DNA from: a virus
Direction: 5' to 3' (one strand)
Virus record (IMG/VR): IMGVR_UViG_3300045988_041382
Coordinates: 9,104 to 73,103 of that record
Length of the DNA stretch: 64,000 nucleotides
The position numbers and the translations under genes are program-made. The notes under the pieces are model-generated. The model saw only the letters and a list, made by a program, of their open reading frames with translations. It was not told the origin of the DNA and did no database searches. Shown one piece after another: positions 32,501-41,960 of this stretch (its first letter is position 1; the number at the start of each line of letters is the position of its first letter).

Positions 32501-33487
32501 TCCGTCCTTCATGCTCTTGGACAGTCCGGCAATGGCCTTCATGGGGTTTATTACGCTGCCTGTGGCCTGCGCCGCATCATAGGCGTCCTTGGCATAGACC
32601 TTGATGACATCCCGCAGTCCGGCGATCTCCCCGGTGGTCCACGTCACGCCCTCATCGATCTCCGTCTTGGTATCGCCGATGATATTCAGGAAAAGCGCCC
32701 GCAGCGCGGTGGCGGCCTCTGTGCCGCTTCTCTGCGTCACGGCGGTGATGGTGCCGATAGCCGCCGTCAGCTCATCCACGCCCACATGGGCCTGCGCCGC
32801 AATGGGCGCCACCTTGCCCAAGCCCTCGGCGACCTTCTGGATGGAAGTCGCGTATTTGTTGTCGATCTCGTTGGCTCCGTCCAGCACCTTCGTCAGCTGC
32901 TCGATGTTGCCCTGATACTTGTACGCCGCGTCCACAGACAGCAGGAACTGTTGCGCCGTTTCGGCGTTGGTGTCACCCACGATCTGCGTCTTGGCGGCCA
33001 GCTCCGCCAGCGCGGACGCCTGCTCGCCGTATCCTGCGCGGCTGAAGCCCGACACGAATTGCAGGTATTCGTCCGCCGCCACGCCATAGGCGCTGGCGGT
33101 GTCGTATGCCTGTTTCTCGATCTTATTCAGCTCCGCCGTGGTCGCCCCGGTAACTTTGCGGATCGTCACCATCTCGTCGTCCACGGATTTCATGGTGTCC
33201 AGCGCCTCGACAAAACTACGCTTTACACCGGCGATGGCGTTGCCCAGCATTTGCCATGTCGCCATTTGCAGGACTATCCGACTGAAACTCTTGCCCATCA
33301 AATCGGCAAATCCGGAGGTTTCCTTCGCGGCTTTCCCTGCATTTTTTATCTCTTTTGTGGTCTCCTTGATGTTTACATTGGCCTGCTGCGTATCAACGCC
33401 CAAAGTCACCGGGCTGCTTTGCAGCTTCGCTATCTCTCCCTTGAGCTGCGAAAAATCAGGTACAGCCGTTACTTTGAAAATCGCCAT
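29588..33487 (-). CDS. Tail tape measure protein
   Basis: 1299 aa. The N-terminal region looks like a TP901-type TMP core (…TIRKVTGATTAELNKIEKQAYDTASAYGV…), with long coiled-coil repeats and Gly/Ser-rich stretches. Confidence 0.9.
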   Translation of the reverse strand: MAIFKVTAVPDFSQLKGEIAKLQSSPVTLGVDTQQANVNIKETTKEIKNAGKAAKETSGFADLMGKSFSRIVLQMATWQMLGNAIAGVKRSFVEALDTMKSVDDEMVTIRKVTGATTAELNKIEKQAYDTASAYGVAADEYLQFVSGFSRAGYGEQASALAELAAKTQIVGDTNAETAQQFLLSVDAAYKYQGNIEQLTKVLDGANEIDNKYATSIQKVAEGLGKVAPIAAQAHVGVDELTAAIGTITAVTQRSGTEAATALRALFLNIIGDTKTEIDEGVTWTTGEIAGLRDVIKVYAKDAYDAAQATGSVINPMKAIAGLSKSMKDGLLTEQQLMEMVSDIGGKLRTSQLLALIQNWDMYQSMLGDFADAAGSADKEVENALDSWTRKTEILHNKWTQFVSNLVETDTIKGALDGVIGLVEFLDSDTGRLVVQMGLLVGTLSLLNKGFTSLMTKTAVGTFFGTLSSAIEGNAMATTQLIGQLKSLVAILPQIGIGTAIFAALAAAISLSTEKARAYEKALEDVETAQGALDETKSEYDELINKTGELTAEEKKRLEVLKELRQEQEKQLDAAKKTAWEAWNAAHGSGASAVVGGAEGVGGGLGVGAVKTERMDIVALRDYREELAEIAAQYQIGEMSAGAYYDALEQLNAAREESVETIRAAILAGYEVTDEQRELVAAYDRVQQILGVASDATAKYVSGLVEEAQQSGKTEKELYDLVAAQITASNTKLNFSQQIMALQQLATQAGYAGNALANTFALAGINETNLKRTAAGLMQSGKYSSYEAAYAEALRRTQSSMLYQFGNMTSTAPSGGWGGTSYTPSGGSSYVPSGGGSSGSAAKSKQNELDNAKKKAAQATIDAIKRQRDAETDAIDEQIDALKKQNEETERSEKLEELKLNILKKQDELLNARNERTVRQYNAATGQWEWVADAQKVKDAEEALEDAKKDLRDYERDTERELAIEELEARKKAIEAAYQLKIDTWQKLIDELNGDVETEKALLAASRGDWETYYQEMLKVYQKLLDAAQDYEDKKQEIQNSGNTGGSNTGSGSGNVDNGGNADDVNKIIEANRKKENDALANLDRDLALLTPEQRAVYDMWMSRGVGSYEAMRQAKKAAKSSSETVKDNFNKTAEPSKDYNKTTVGKLDGVTKKDTGSGGSTSGSGTKKPSGGRGTLGGGKNTNKVSRYDSGGVLHGLGGIKATVDDEMVLPPDVTRKLLMPSSDSRATEVIAAMRLALNDRTPYGKSLAGVTNNSTDSHDISYCVNGVPISTDMAKLPMEQIVRQLNMAAFQGQVFNGW

Positions 33488-33490
33488 ACG

Positions 33491-34033
33491 CTACCTCCAA
33501 TCGTCCTCTTCCCGTATCACGCCCATGTCCGCCGCCATCCCCAGCGTGGAGTCCGCGCCGTTCATGGCCCGCACCAGTGTTTCTTCCGCCCTGCCGTCCA
33601 GCATCTCCTCCACGAAGTTGCGGAAAAATGGTCTGTTCTTTGGCCGTCTGTCCCAGTTGTACGCGGGGTCGTTTTTCTCGATCCGGTTCACCAGGTCGTC
33701 CCCGTCCACATGGGGGTCTATGGGTTCTCCGTTGCCGTCCGTTGCACCGCTGGGCTGGTATAAAAGCGTCAGATTCATGCCGCCGTCCCGTTCGTCCGAA
33801 TACACCGTGGCGCTGGCGTTCATGTCCGCCAATCCCTTCGTTCCGCGCCGGCGCACATACTCCTCCGGCACCAGCTTGTCGTATACGTCCTCTACCACGT
33901 GCTCCCGCAAGCACTGCCGCATTTCCTCCGCCAGTGCGGGGCGGGACGCGCGAAAAGCATCCTTCACCTGCTTTTCCAGCGCGGCCATGTCCTGCTCAAA
34001 CCCGCTGAACTGTCCCACCAGCCTTGACGCCAT
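33491..34033 (-). CDS. Hypothetical tail assembly-region protein
   Basis: 180-aa ORF between the major tail gene and the tape measure gene. Confidence 0.5.
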   Translation of the reverse strand: MASRLVGQFSGFEQDMAALEKQVKDAFRASRPALAEEMRQCLREHVVEDVYDKLVPEEYVRRRGTKGLADMNASATVYSDERDGGMNLTLLYQPSGATDGNGEPIDPHVDGDDLVNRIEKNDPAYNWDRRPKNRPFFRNFVEEMLDGRAEETLVRAMNGADSTLGMAADMGVIREEDDWR

Positions 34034-34141
34034 GCTCCCTCCGCCTCCTTCACATTCTCACACGCCAAAGCGCCGCATTTCCGCCGCACTCTCGCGTCTG
34101 TCCCCCTCCCCCGCCGCCGGGACGGAGGAGGGGGTAATTTG

Positions 34142-35263
34142 TCAGGACTCGGTCACGCTTACCGCACACTGGCCAGTGTAGTTCTCGCCATTGTAAACGA
34201 AGGTTACGGTCAGGTCTGCGTCTCCGGTGGCCGTCCCAGCCGTGATCACACCCGTGTTCTGCCCCACGGTCGTGCCGCTGGGTGCGCCGGTCATGACATA
34301 CGTGCACTTGCTGGGGTCCAGGGCCGCCAACTGTCCGTTGGCCAGCACCGCCTGGGGACGCACCTGTGCCGTGCCGCTCTTGGGCACGGAGATCACGCCG
34401 CCGATAGCCGCCACCAGCCCCGTGACCACATCCGCGTCACCGTCGGGCACCAGCACGTACCAGCCCAGCGTCCCGCCGTTTCCGCAGTCCTGGCACTGGC
34501 CGCTGACCACCTGCTCGTCCATACTGATAGCGCGGCCAACGATGCTGGTGGTGTCGTAGTTGCTTTGGCTGCCGGTCACGGTAGCGGTGCCCGCCTGCAG
34601 CTTCAGCGGCACGTTAATATACAGCCAACCCCAGCGCGTTCCCTCGTTGGTCTTGGCGTTCACGTTGCTATACACCGCCATCTGCGACGTAAACAGACCC
34701 ACCTTGCCGTTCATGCTGGTGGTCAGCCGTCCCACGGCGGCGCTGAGCTTGTTCACGAAGTACCACACCTTGTACTGCTTTCCGCTTACCGCAGTAAAAC
34801 CGGTGATCGTACCGTCCGCCGCAATGTCATAGGCCACGCCGCCCTGGGCGATCATAGAGGCCGCGTTTACCTCCTGCACGTAGCACACTACCTTGTTCAT
34901 GCCGTACTGAGCCGTCGGCGCGCCGTCGCTCACGTCCACCTTCAGCGCAGCAGAGGCCGCCGTCACCACCTGGCATACCGGTGCAACTGCGTTGTACGTC
35001 ACGCCAGCACCCACACCGGCCATCTTGGTCTTGAGGTCGAAGTTGGCCTGGGTAAAGTCCACCTGTATGTCCGGGTCGCTCTCGATGATAGTGGCGATGC
35101 CGTTGTTCAGGCCCGCCCGCAGGGGATCACTGTTCACACTGGCGGTGATGTTGCCCTCCTGGAACTTGTTGCTGGAGAAATAGATGTCTCCGCTTTCCAT
35201 GTCGGCGAGCTGCGCCGCGCAAATGCCCCTGGTATACAGCTTCGCGTCATTAAACTGGATCAC
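34142..35263 (-). CDS. Major tail protein with a C-terminal Ig-like domain
   Basis: 373 aa. Its position fits. The C-terminal segment ...GQNTGVITAGTATGDADLTVTF... is Big_2-like. Confidence 0.65.
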   Translation of the reverse strand: MIQFNDAKLYTRGICAAQLADMESGDIYFSSNKFQEGNITASVNSDPLRAGLNNGIATIIESDPDIQVDFTQANFDLKTKMAGVGAGVTYNAVAPVCQVVTAASAALKVDVSDGAPTAQYGMNKVVCYVQEVNAASMIAQGGVAYDIAADGTITGFTAVSGKQYKVWYFVNKLSAAVGRLTTSMNGKVGLFTSQMAVYSNVNAKTNEGTRWGWLYINVPLKLQAGTATVTGSQSNYDTTSIVGRAISMDEQVVSGQCQDCGNGGTLGWYVLVPDGDADVVTGLVAAIGGVISVPKSGTAQVRPQAVLANGQLAALDPSKCTYVMTGAPSGTTVGQNTGVITAGTATGDADLTVTFVYNGENYTGQCAVSVTES

Positions 35264-35279
35264 TTGCTTTCACTCCTTT

Positions 35280-36083
35280 TTACATTTGTCCGAGGTGCTG
35301 GGTCGCCATTTCGGCGGGCCGCAGCGCCGTATTTCCTATATCCTCTTTCTCATAAAACAGGCTGGGGTGCGGGTTTCCGTTTTTCCACTTCGTCCCCTGC
35401 GCCTCCGCCACGGCGCACACCATGTACCCTATGATCCGCTGCCATGTTTTCGTTTTCTCCTGCAGCTTCAATATAGGCCACTGGTCTATCTCCGCCTCGT
35501 CCACGTGCTCCAGCGCCGCGATGGCCGCGATACGCTCCCACACGCAGCCGGACAGTGGTGCGCCGTTCATCTGCGCCAGGTCTCTCTGTGCTTCCAGCAG
35601 CTCCGGGTTTGCCTCCGGTGCGGCCAGCTCAATACCGTTCTGTGCCGCCGCGATCTCCCGCAGCCGCTGGAACTGCACCGGCGTCACCCGCCACAGCTCC
35701 TCCCCGTCCACGGTGAACTCAACCGCTTTCAGGCAGCCCCTGTCCTGCGGGTCTACCTTGCATCGGAACATCCCCACCCGTTTTCCCAATGGCAGCCCTC
35801 TCCCCAGCCGCAGGGAAAGCGCCAGCATCAGAAGCGCCCGTGAGAAAAGTCCAATCCCCTCCTCATTCTTCTCCAACGCCTCATATTCCATCCGGTAGAG
35901 CGCCGCCAACAGGGGCATGGCCGCATAGCGCACAGGGAGCGCCTGCTGCACGATGTCGATGCCGGGCCGCGCCATTTCAAATGCCTCCAGCTCTTCCACC
36001 AGAATGGGATACAGGGTCAGCCCCTCCGCCTCCACTTCTTCATACCGGCGGCAGGCTCTTTTTATGCTCTGTGAGATCGCCAT
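35280..36083 (-). CDS. Hypothetical head-tail region protein
   Basis: 267-aa ORF. Confidence 0.5.
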   Translation of the reverse strand: MAISQSIKRACRRYEEVEAEGLTLYPILVEELEAFEMARPGIDIVQQALPVRYAAMPLLAALYRMEYEALEKNEEGIGLFSRALLMLALSLRLGRGLPLGKRVGMFRCKVDPQDRGCLKAVEFTVDGEELWRVTPVQFQRLREIAAAQNGIELAAPEANPELLEAQRDLAQMNGAPLSGCVWERIAAIAALEHVDEAEIDQWPILKLQEKTKTWQRIIGYMVCAVAEAQGTKWKNGNPHPSLFYEKEDIGNTALRPAEMATQHLGQM

Positions 36084-36156
36084 AAAACCCTTTTTCCTCC
36101 CTCACGAAACACCTAATTAGTTAAACAGGAGTACCAGCATCGCCGTCCTCCGTTTC

Positions 36157-36852
36157 TCAAAATGTAGTCACGACGCCATTCTCGTCGCTGTCTGCCCACG
36201 CAAGGCTCATGTGAAGCCGCCGCCCCACGTTCATCCCCTGGTCGTAAATAGCCCTCGATCCGTTGTCCGGGTGTGCGCCCCTGTCGAAGCTCACCACCCC
36301 CGCGCCGCCGATGTTCACGCCATTCAGCGCCTCAATAATGCACTGCTCCATGTCAAAGCTACGTGCATAATCGTCTGTTCTCGTGGTGGTCTCATGCCCG
36401 TAGTTGCATAAAATGTCGAAATATATCCCCACGGCGGCGGTAAACGCGCTCTGCGGTATTACCCTGCCTATGTAGACCTTTACCACCGTCTGGGCCATCG
36501 TCTGAGCCTGTCCCCAGTATTCCAGCGGGTACAGCCTGTACCCCTTCGGGTGTTTGGCCTTCTGCTCCTCCGTGTCCAATATCGGCGCTTCGCCGTCAAA
36601 CACGATCCCCAGCTTTTCCGCCGCTGTAGGCAGCTTCTCCGCCAGCGGATTTGCCCCGTCATAGCACAGGTACTTCATCAGCCGTACCCTGGGCCGCCGG
36701 TCGTCGTCCACCGGCGTATATCCGTTCCGGTCCGGCAGGTCCAGCAGGTAATTCACAATCTTCTTCGGTATCTTTTCCGCGCCCTTGAACGTGCCATATC
36801 CTGTCTCGACCTTGGCAAACGGATAAAACGGGCTGTCGAAGTTCGTGTTCAC
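36157..36852 (-). CDS. Hypothetical head-tail region protein
   Basis: 231-aa ORF with a GTG start. Confidence 0.5.
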   Translation of the reverse strand: MNTNFDSPFYPFAKVETGYGTFKGAEKIPKKIVNYLLDLPDRNGYTPVDDDRRPRVRLMKYLCYDGANPLAEKLPTAAEKLGIVFDGEAPILDTEEQKAKHPKGYRLYPLEYWGQAQTMAQTVVKVYIGRVIPQSAFTAAVGIYFDILCNYGHETTTRTDDYARSFDMEQCIIEALNGVNIGGAGVVSFDRGAHPDNGSRAIYDQGMNVGRRLHMSLAWADSDENGVVTTF

Positions 36853-36958
36853 GCTCTCACCACGCTTCCACTTTTCAGAATTGTTTCACATGAAACAGAG
36901 TCATTTCCGTTGCGCTTTTGATATTTTTGCAACTATTTGTTCCGTTTCAATTTGAATA

Positions 36959-37516
36959 TCACGCCTGATCTTTCTGCACTCTTTCCGCCAGCTCCACCAG
37001 CTCCTGCACGCTTTCCGGCGTCATAGCGCTGGCCGCGCTCATGGACATCCGAGCCACCACGTCGTTCATGATGCTCAGGTTGGCGTTTATCTCCGTGTTC
37101 ATCATCTTTTCCAGATCGCGGTAGTCCGCCAGCAGGTCATACGCCTTGTCCCGCAGTGCGTCACTCTGCTTCTTCATCCGGTCGATCTGGTTGATCAGCT
37201 GCACGCCGCCCACCCAGTCGTAGTCGTCGGCGCTCATCAACCACCGGTCGCCGCCGCAGCCTTCGAAGTCCAGCCGCAAATAGGCTCGCGCCAAAATACC
37301 CAGCAGATACCGCCGCTTCCGCTGCCCGTTCTCCCGGTACATGGGGGGCGTGTCGCCCCGGAACTTCTCCCCGGTGTTCACCACCACCCGGTCGATGCAC
37401 CGCTCCGCGCAATAGCTTACGATCTCCTCCTTCTGCATCAGGGGGACGTAGCTCTTGGCGTTGATAAACACCTCTTTCATGGTAATGGGCCTGCGCTGTG
37501 CAATGTTCGTCTCCAT
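36959..37516 (-). CDS. Hypothetical structural-region protein
   Basis: The start METNIAQRRP follows RBS ctgaaaggagcggaaacg. Confidence 0.55.
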   Translation of the reverse strand: METNIAQRRPITMKEVFINAKSYVPLMQKEEIVSYCAERCIDRVVVNTGEKFRGDTPPMYRENGQRKRRYLLGILARAYLRLDFEGCGGDRWLMSADDYDWVGGVQLINQIDRMKKQSDALRDKAYDLLADYRDLEKMMNTEINANLSIMNDVVARMSMSAASAMTPESVQELVELAERVQKDQA

Positions 37517-37557
37517 CGTTTCCGCTCCTTTCAGATTCTCAATGGATATATTCTCTT

Positions 37558-37746
37558 TTATCGGTTTGTGTCCGCCTGTTCCTGCCGCATTCGGCAGCGC
37601 TTCCACTCTGCCGCGTTTTCGTACCGGCAGCTGTCCGGGCAGTAATATTGAAAGCCGCAGAAATCTGTATTTCCGCTCTGCTTTCTGCACCGCAGCGTGA
37701 TCTCCCCCCGCTTCCGGTAGCTGTGCTCACAAGTCTGCTTTGCCAT
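37558..37746 (-). CDS. Small Cys-rich protein
   Basis: 62 aa, MAKQTCEHSYRKRGEITLRCRK...CGFQYYCPDSC. The ORF begins at 37746, 7 nt after the upstream ORF ends at 37753. Confidence 0.45.
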   Translation of the reverse strand: MAKQTCEHSYRKRGEITLRCRKQSGNTDFCGFQYYCPDSCRYENAAEWKRCRMRQEQADTNR

Positions 37747-37752
37747 TTCGCT

Positions 37753-39072
37753 TTACCACCCTTCCAGCGCGATCTCCGCGCTCACGCTCTGTCCCTTGCA
37801 GGAGGCCGTTACCGTCAGGGGCTTGACGCTGCCGCCCCAGCAGTACACGGTGGCGGTGCTGCCCTCCACCTCGGCGGTGTAGCTGCCCTCCGCCGCCCCG
37901 GCGAAGATCCATTCCACCGCATCTCCGGTCTCCGCGCCGTTCTCGGTGTATATGGCCGTCAGCATGGTCTTGCCGTAGGCTCCCAGCTTCTCCACCGGGT
38001 CCGTCTGCCAGTGTACGCCGCTTACGCTCTCTGCCACCGTCACCGCATAGGTGCCGTAGTGCTCCTCATTCTGCACCAGCACCACCGTTATGGTACATTC
38101 TCCCTCGCCCACCGCCGCCACGTTGCCGACGGGGTCCACCCGGCATACGCTCTCGTCGCTGCTGAACCACAGGTAGCGGGTGGGGTGTTCTGCGTCTCCG
38201 TCCGCCTTTTCACCGTTTCGCAGGGAGGCGGCGGTAAACTGTGCCTTCTCGCCTTTGCTCATCACCGCTTTTCCCCCCACGTTTATCTCCCAGGCAAAGG
38301 GGTAGGCGTTGGCCACCCGGTTTATCAGATCGTCCTTTTCCTTATCCGGTTCGGTCATCCGCGCTGTGAACCGCAGCAGGCGGACACTCTCCTCGTCCCC
38401 GGTGAACTCCTGCGCCACGTCCGCGTAGCCGGTGATCTGATACGCCATCCGCCCCAGGATCATCCGGCTGTTCACGTCCAAGTCCGCGGTCTCTTCGTTT
38501 CGCTGTATGATGATGTTGAAATACCCCTGCATCATCAGCACCGTCTCCTGGAAATCGTTGGCATTGGCGTTTAGCTTCACGCTTTCCAGCACCATCGGCT
38601 CTTTCAGTACGTTGCCGTACCAGTCCAGGTGATTCCATGTGGTGTTGCACCGCCTAATGATGCCACCGCCCACGGCAGAGGAGATGTTGGCCGGGTTCGT
38701 CACCAGCCATGTGGAGCCCATTGTCTCCATTTTTGCGCCCTCCGGCACATATTCGATGCGCCGGTCTACCATCAAAAACTCCTTGTAGTTGTCGATGGGT
38801 CTATCTATGGCGTTGCCTTTTTTTCGTGCGTCTGCCAGCCGGATCAACTGGTCGCTCCACTCGTAGAAGTTGTTGGGGTCGCTGTCCAGTCCCTGCACCC
38901 GGCAAGCGGTGTAGTCGCTGGCGTACTTTCCGTATGCTTGCACGAACCGCGCCGTAGGATCTCCAAAATAAGGATTGCGCCGGTCGTTATACTGCGCGGG
39001 TCGGTTGGTGGTGGCATGAACCCGCTCCGCCATCGCGGCGATGTTGCCCAAATTGTTCTTTATGTCCGCCAT
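37753..39072 (-). CDS. Structural protein with C-terminal Ig-like (Big_2-type) repeats
   Basis: 439 aa. The C-terminal half has two ...CTITVV.../...LTVTASC... beta-rich repeats. Confidence 0.55.
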   Translation of the reverse strand: MADIKNNLGNIAAMAERVHATTNRPAQYNDRRNPYFGDPTARFVQAYGKYASDYTACRVQGLDSDPNNFYEWSDQLIRLADARKKGNAIDRPIDNYKEFLMVDRRIEYVPEGAKMETMGSTWLVTNPANISSAVGGGIIRRCNTTWNHLDWYGNVLKEPMVLESVKLNANANDFQETVLMMQGYFNIIIQRNEETADLDVNSRMILGRMAYQITGYADVAQEFTGDEESVRLLRFTARMTEPDKEKDDLINRVANAYPFAWEINVGGKAVMSKGEKAQFTAASLRNGEKADGDAEHPTRYLWFSSDESVCRVDPVGNVAAVGEGECTITVVLVQNEEHYGTYAVTVAESVSGVHWQTDPVEKLGAYGKTMLTAIYTENGAETGDAVEWIFAGAAEGSYTAEVEGSTATVYCWGGSVKPLTVTASCKGQSVSAEIALEGW

Positions 39073-39100
39073 CGCCGTTCACCTCCACGCTCCGCCTCCG

Positions 39101-39823
39101 TCACAGGAACTGGTATCGTCCGTACCCGCCACGGCCTCGCTGCACCGTGTTCAAAAACGCACAATCCTGCTCGTATTTGTGCATCTCGTCCATCAGCCTT
39201 GCCCGGTTCTTCTCCTGCTTTGCGGCGCCCTCCTTCATATAGGTGCCCTCGTTCACCGTGTCAAAGCTGGCATCCTTTATCTTCATCTGGTCGTTCAGCC
39301 AGTTGCGGAAGAACCGCTCGTCCCACACGCTTGCCACGCACAGCCCAAGTATCCGCTTCTGCTCCATTGTCAACTCGTGACCAAATTCACCGTCTGTGTA
39401 AAAGTCCAGCGTGTAGTTCATTCCCGCCATATCCTGCATAGGGAACGTCACCACGCCTGTTTCGGCGTTGTAGCTCGCCTCGGTGTACGGCACCGCCGTC
39501 ATGCCGCCCGTCACATCCTGCTCCACAATGGCGCAGGAAAATAGCTCGTAGCCCACCATTCCGGTGTCCACTTCCGTTTCTCCCACCAAACTGTCCTCGT
39601 CGCTGGTCCAGTAGAAATCGCCGTAGCTGGGTTGCACCAGCCCGTCCGACAGATACGCCCGCATTTGCACCGGCAGGGAGAATAGAGGGATAGCGTTCAC
39701 CATATACAGGCTCATCCGCCGCAGAAACGCCGCCGGGTCGTTGGCCGCTTCCTCCTGCAGGCGCACATCGTCTATCTCCAGCATGGCGTGATTCGATATG
39801 ATCTCGCTCCACTTTGTGCCCAT
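39101..39823 (-). CDS. Hypothetical structural-region protein
   Basis: The start MGTKWSEII follows RBS aagggaggaagca. A longer alternative start lies at 39889. Confidence 0.55.
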   Translation of the reverse strand: MGTKWSEIISNHAMLEIDDVRLQEEAANDPAAFLRRMSLYMVNAIPLFSLPVQMRAYLSDGLVQPSYGDFYWTSDEDSLVGETEVDTGMVGYELFSCAIVEQDVTGGMTAVPYTEASYNAETGVVTFPMQDMAGMNYTLDFYTDGEFGHELTMEQKRILGLCVASVWDERFFRNWLNDQMKIKDASFDTVNEGTYMKEGAAKQEKNRARLMDEMHKYEQDCAFLNTVQRGRGGYGRYQFL

Positions 39824-39921
39824 TGCTTCCTCCCTTTCCGGTTTGTCCTCTTTTTTGCCTTTCAGTGTGCCGGAGAGCGGCGGCGTCACCGCCGTCCTCC
39901 GGCACGTTTTCTCCGGTTTTC

Positions 39922-40509
39922 TCAGGCGCCGATGGTCAGCGTCACGCCGCCGGCCTCGTTGTCCGTCTCGCTGACGGGGATAGCGTTCACCGTCACGCTG
40001 GACAGGCAGTTGAACCCCTCGTCGGGCAGGATCTCCTGGCTGGCAAAGGTGGGGGTCACAGTCTTGGCCTGTGCCTTCATGTCCTCGCTGCCGGACATGG
40101 TGCCCTCCACGCCCAGGATAGTCACACCCTCGCGGATGTTGGTGGCGATGAGCTTGGCCTGTTCCGCCTCGGCGATCTGCACGGTACCGCTTCCGTCGTG
40201 GAAGCCCAGGGGCACGGTATACACCTGCGCCTTGGTGGTGATGTTGCCCGCCACAGCGCCGTTGTTGGGCATCGTACCGGTGACTTCCGCTCCCTTCACA
40301 AATGCGGTCTTGCCCAGCAGGATCTCCGCAGCGGACGCGGTAGCGCCGGAGGTATCCGCATCAAAGGTACATGTACCCGTGATGGTCGCACCCGTCTTGT
40401 CGTGGGCAGTAATGCCCTTGAGCAGTTTGGCAGGCACCACGCTGTCGGCGGTCAGATCGATTTTTACCTGTCCGCCTATAATTACTTTGTTGATGTACTG
40501 ATTAGCCAT
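39922..40509 (-). CDS. Fibre-like protein sharing an N-terminal module with the tail fibre
   Basis: INKVIIGGQVKIDLTADSVVPAKLLKGITAHDKTGATITGT aligns with VNHVVVNGETIVDLRNDNVTPEAMVPGTTAHNAAGEQITGT of 24485..25348. Confidence 0.55.
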   Translation of the reverse strand: MANQYINKVIIGGQVKIDLTADSVVPAKLLKGITAHDKTGATITGTCTFDADTSGATASAAEILLGKTAFVKGAEVTGTMPNNGAVAGNITTKAQVYTVPLGFHDGSGTVQIAEAEQAKLIATNIREGVTILGVEGTMSGSEDMKAQAKTVTPTFASQEILPDEGFNCLSSVTVNAIPVSETDNEAGGVTLTIGA

Positions 40510-40801
40510 ACTCCACATCTCCTATCGTTAAAGTTTTTCCGCCGGCGGCATTGCTGACTTCGTACTGGGGTATTTTCTTCACCGTCACGTCGTCGTTCAT
40601 GCGTTTGGCTTTTGTATGCAGCACAACAGGCTCGTCCACCTGTGGTGTTACCTCATATTCGCCCTCGTAGGTGGGGATAATTTCTCCCCCGGTCTGTATC
40701 ACTACATCCCGTATTTCTATCTCCACCACGGGCTGTCCCACCGGGGCGGTGCTGGCGTTGGCGTTCTTCTTCTGTTCCGCCGCGAACTGCTGCAGCGCCA
40801 T
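40502..40801 (-). CDS. Hypothetical protein
   Basis: 99-aa ORF. Its stop overlaps the next start. Confidence 0.5.
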   Translation of the reverse strand: MALQQFAAEQKKNANASTAPVGQPVVEIEIRDVVIQTGGEIIPTYEGEYEVTPQVDEPVVLHTKAKRMNDDVTVKKIPQYEVSNAAGGKTLTIGDVEYG

Positions 40802-41110
40802 TTACATCACCCCTTTGGACCGGCTTGCGGAGACATATATGGTCTTGCCCTTTGCCCCCACCACGCTCTCGTCGTTGAATTTTATCCGCGCCTGTACCGG
40901 TGGTGTCCTCCCGGCCTTAAAGGCGAAGGTCTGCTCCTGCGTCAGCGGGAATAGCCACTGTCCGTTCTCCTCGTCGTAGCGCACCACGCCGGGGTACGTC
41001 CTCGTCAGGTTACCTATGGTGATCTCCAGCCGCAGCACCATCTCCGGCGTTATCAGCAGCTCCCCCTGCCGCAGCACGATGGGCAGCGAATAGGCGTCGC
41101 CCTGCATCAT
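40802..41110 (-). CDS. Hypothetical protein
   Basis: 102-aa ORF. Confidence 0.5.
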   Translation of the reverse strand: MMQGDAYSLPIVLRQGELLITPEMVLRLEITIGNLTRTYPGVVRYDEENGQWLFPLTQEQTFAFKAGRTPPVQARIKFNDESVVGAKGKTIYVSASRSKGVM

Positions 41111-41153
41111 GGCCGTTCCCTCCTTCCGCTTATATGGTCAAGGGCTTTCCTTC

Positions 41154-41960
41154 TTACTTGGCGTCCTTCTCGTTCATGTCCTCGATAATGGTGATGAAGT
41201 CGCCCTTCTCGTGGCCCTTGCGCTTGCTCAGCGCGTTCAGCTTCACTGTGCGCTCACGCGTCACATACCGGCTGCCCTGGCGGTAGGCGTCGGCGTACAT
41301 CTGCGCCGCCATCACCTTGTGTCCCTCGCACAGCGCCGGGTAGATGTTCAGCAGCTCGTCCCCCAGCTCCACCAGCTTGGCAAAGGCTCTCTTGTCCAGC
41401 ACCTCACCCGGCTTGTAGTCCACACCCAGCGCCTCGCGCTCCTCGTCCGTCAGACCGCTTACCACCAGCAGCCACCGCTGCGCCATGAACCGGCGGTTCA
41501 TCTCCGTCAGTATGCGGCTCAGGTCCGGCTTCGGCACGTAAAAGCTGCCCGTCTTGCCCACGATGTTTCCATACATTCCGCCATCGCCGAACTGCACCAC
41601 GTTGTCGTCCGCCACCGGCGCCATCCACAGGAAATGCACCTGCTCCGCGCTGGTGCTCACCTGTACGATCTGCGGCGCGGCCTGCTGGGGGATGTTCTTC
41701 AGCGCCTCCGCCACCGCCTTGGCCGCCGCCTCCTGCATCATCTGCTGCACCTGCTCGGCGGTGTACATCACAGGCGCGGCGGGCATTTCCGTGGCATCAG
41801 CCGCGTCCTGCACATTCTCCTGCGCCGCCGCTTTCGCGGTGCTGCTTTCGTCCGGCGTTTCCGCGCTCTGCTGGGCCGCCAGCATCACCTGGTCGTCCTC
41901 GCTCTCCTCCGCCGCGATCTGCGCGGCCAGTCTGTTTCCGCTTTTCTTCTGCTTACCCAT
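41154..41960 (-). CDS. Hypothetical head-region protein
   Basis: The start MGKQKKSGNRL follows RBS ctgaaaggagcagaaagc. The longer upstream extension would cover non-coding sequence next to the tRNA. Confidence 0.55.
   Translation of the reverse strand: MGKQKKSGNRLAAQIAAEESEDDQVMLAAQQSAETPDESSTAKAAAQENVQDAADATEMPAAPVMYTAEQVQQMMQEAAAKAVAEALKNIPQQAAPQIVQVSTSAEQVHFLWMAPVADDNVVQFGDGGMYGNIVGKTGSFYVPKPDLSRILTEMNRRFMAQRWLLVVSGLTDEEREALGVDYKPGEVLDKRAFAKLVELGDELLNIYPALCEGHKVMAAQMYADAYRQGSRYVTRERTVKLNALSKRKGHEKGDFITIIEDMNEKDAK

Noticed and set aside
30710-33763. A 1017-aa plus-strand ORF, plus many other long plus-strand ORFs between 22 and 64 kb (for example 34139..35434, 42147..43550, 47011..48435, 48798..50210).
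   Set aside because: They lie antisense to well-supported late and early genes (tape measure, major tail, capsid, portal, terminase). They are Arg/Leu/His/Gly/Val-rich low-complexity translations typical of the antisense strand of high-GC coding DNA, and they have no RBS.
36853-36958. The palindrome TGTTTCA-ca-TGAAACA in the AT-rich gap between two structural genes.
   Set aside because: It is a single short palindrome in a 100-bp intergenic spacer. It is plausibly a minor regulatory or terminator element and there is not enough evidence to call it.
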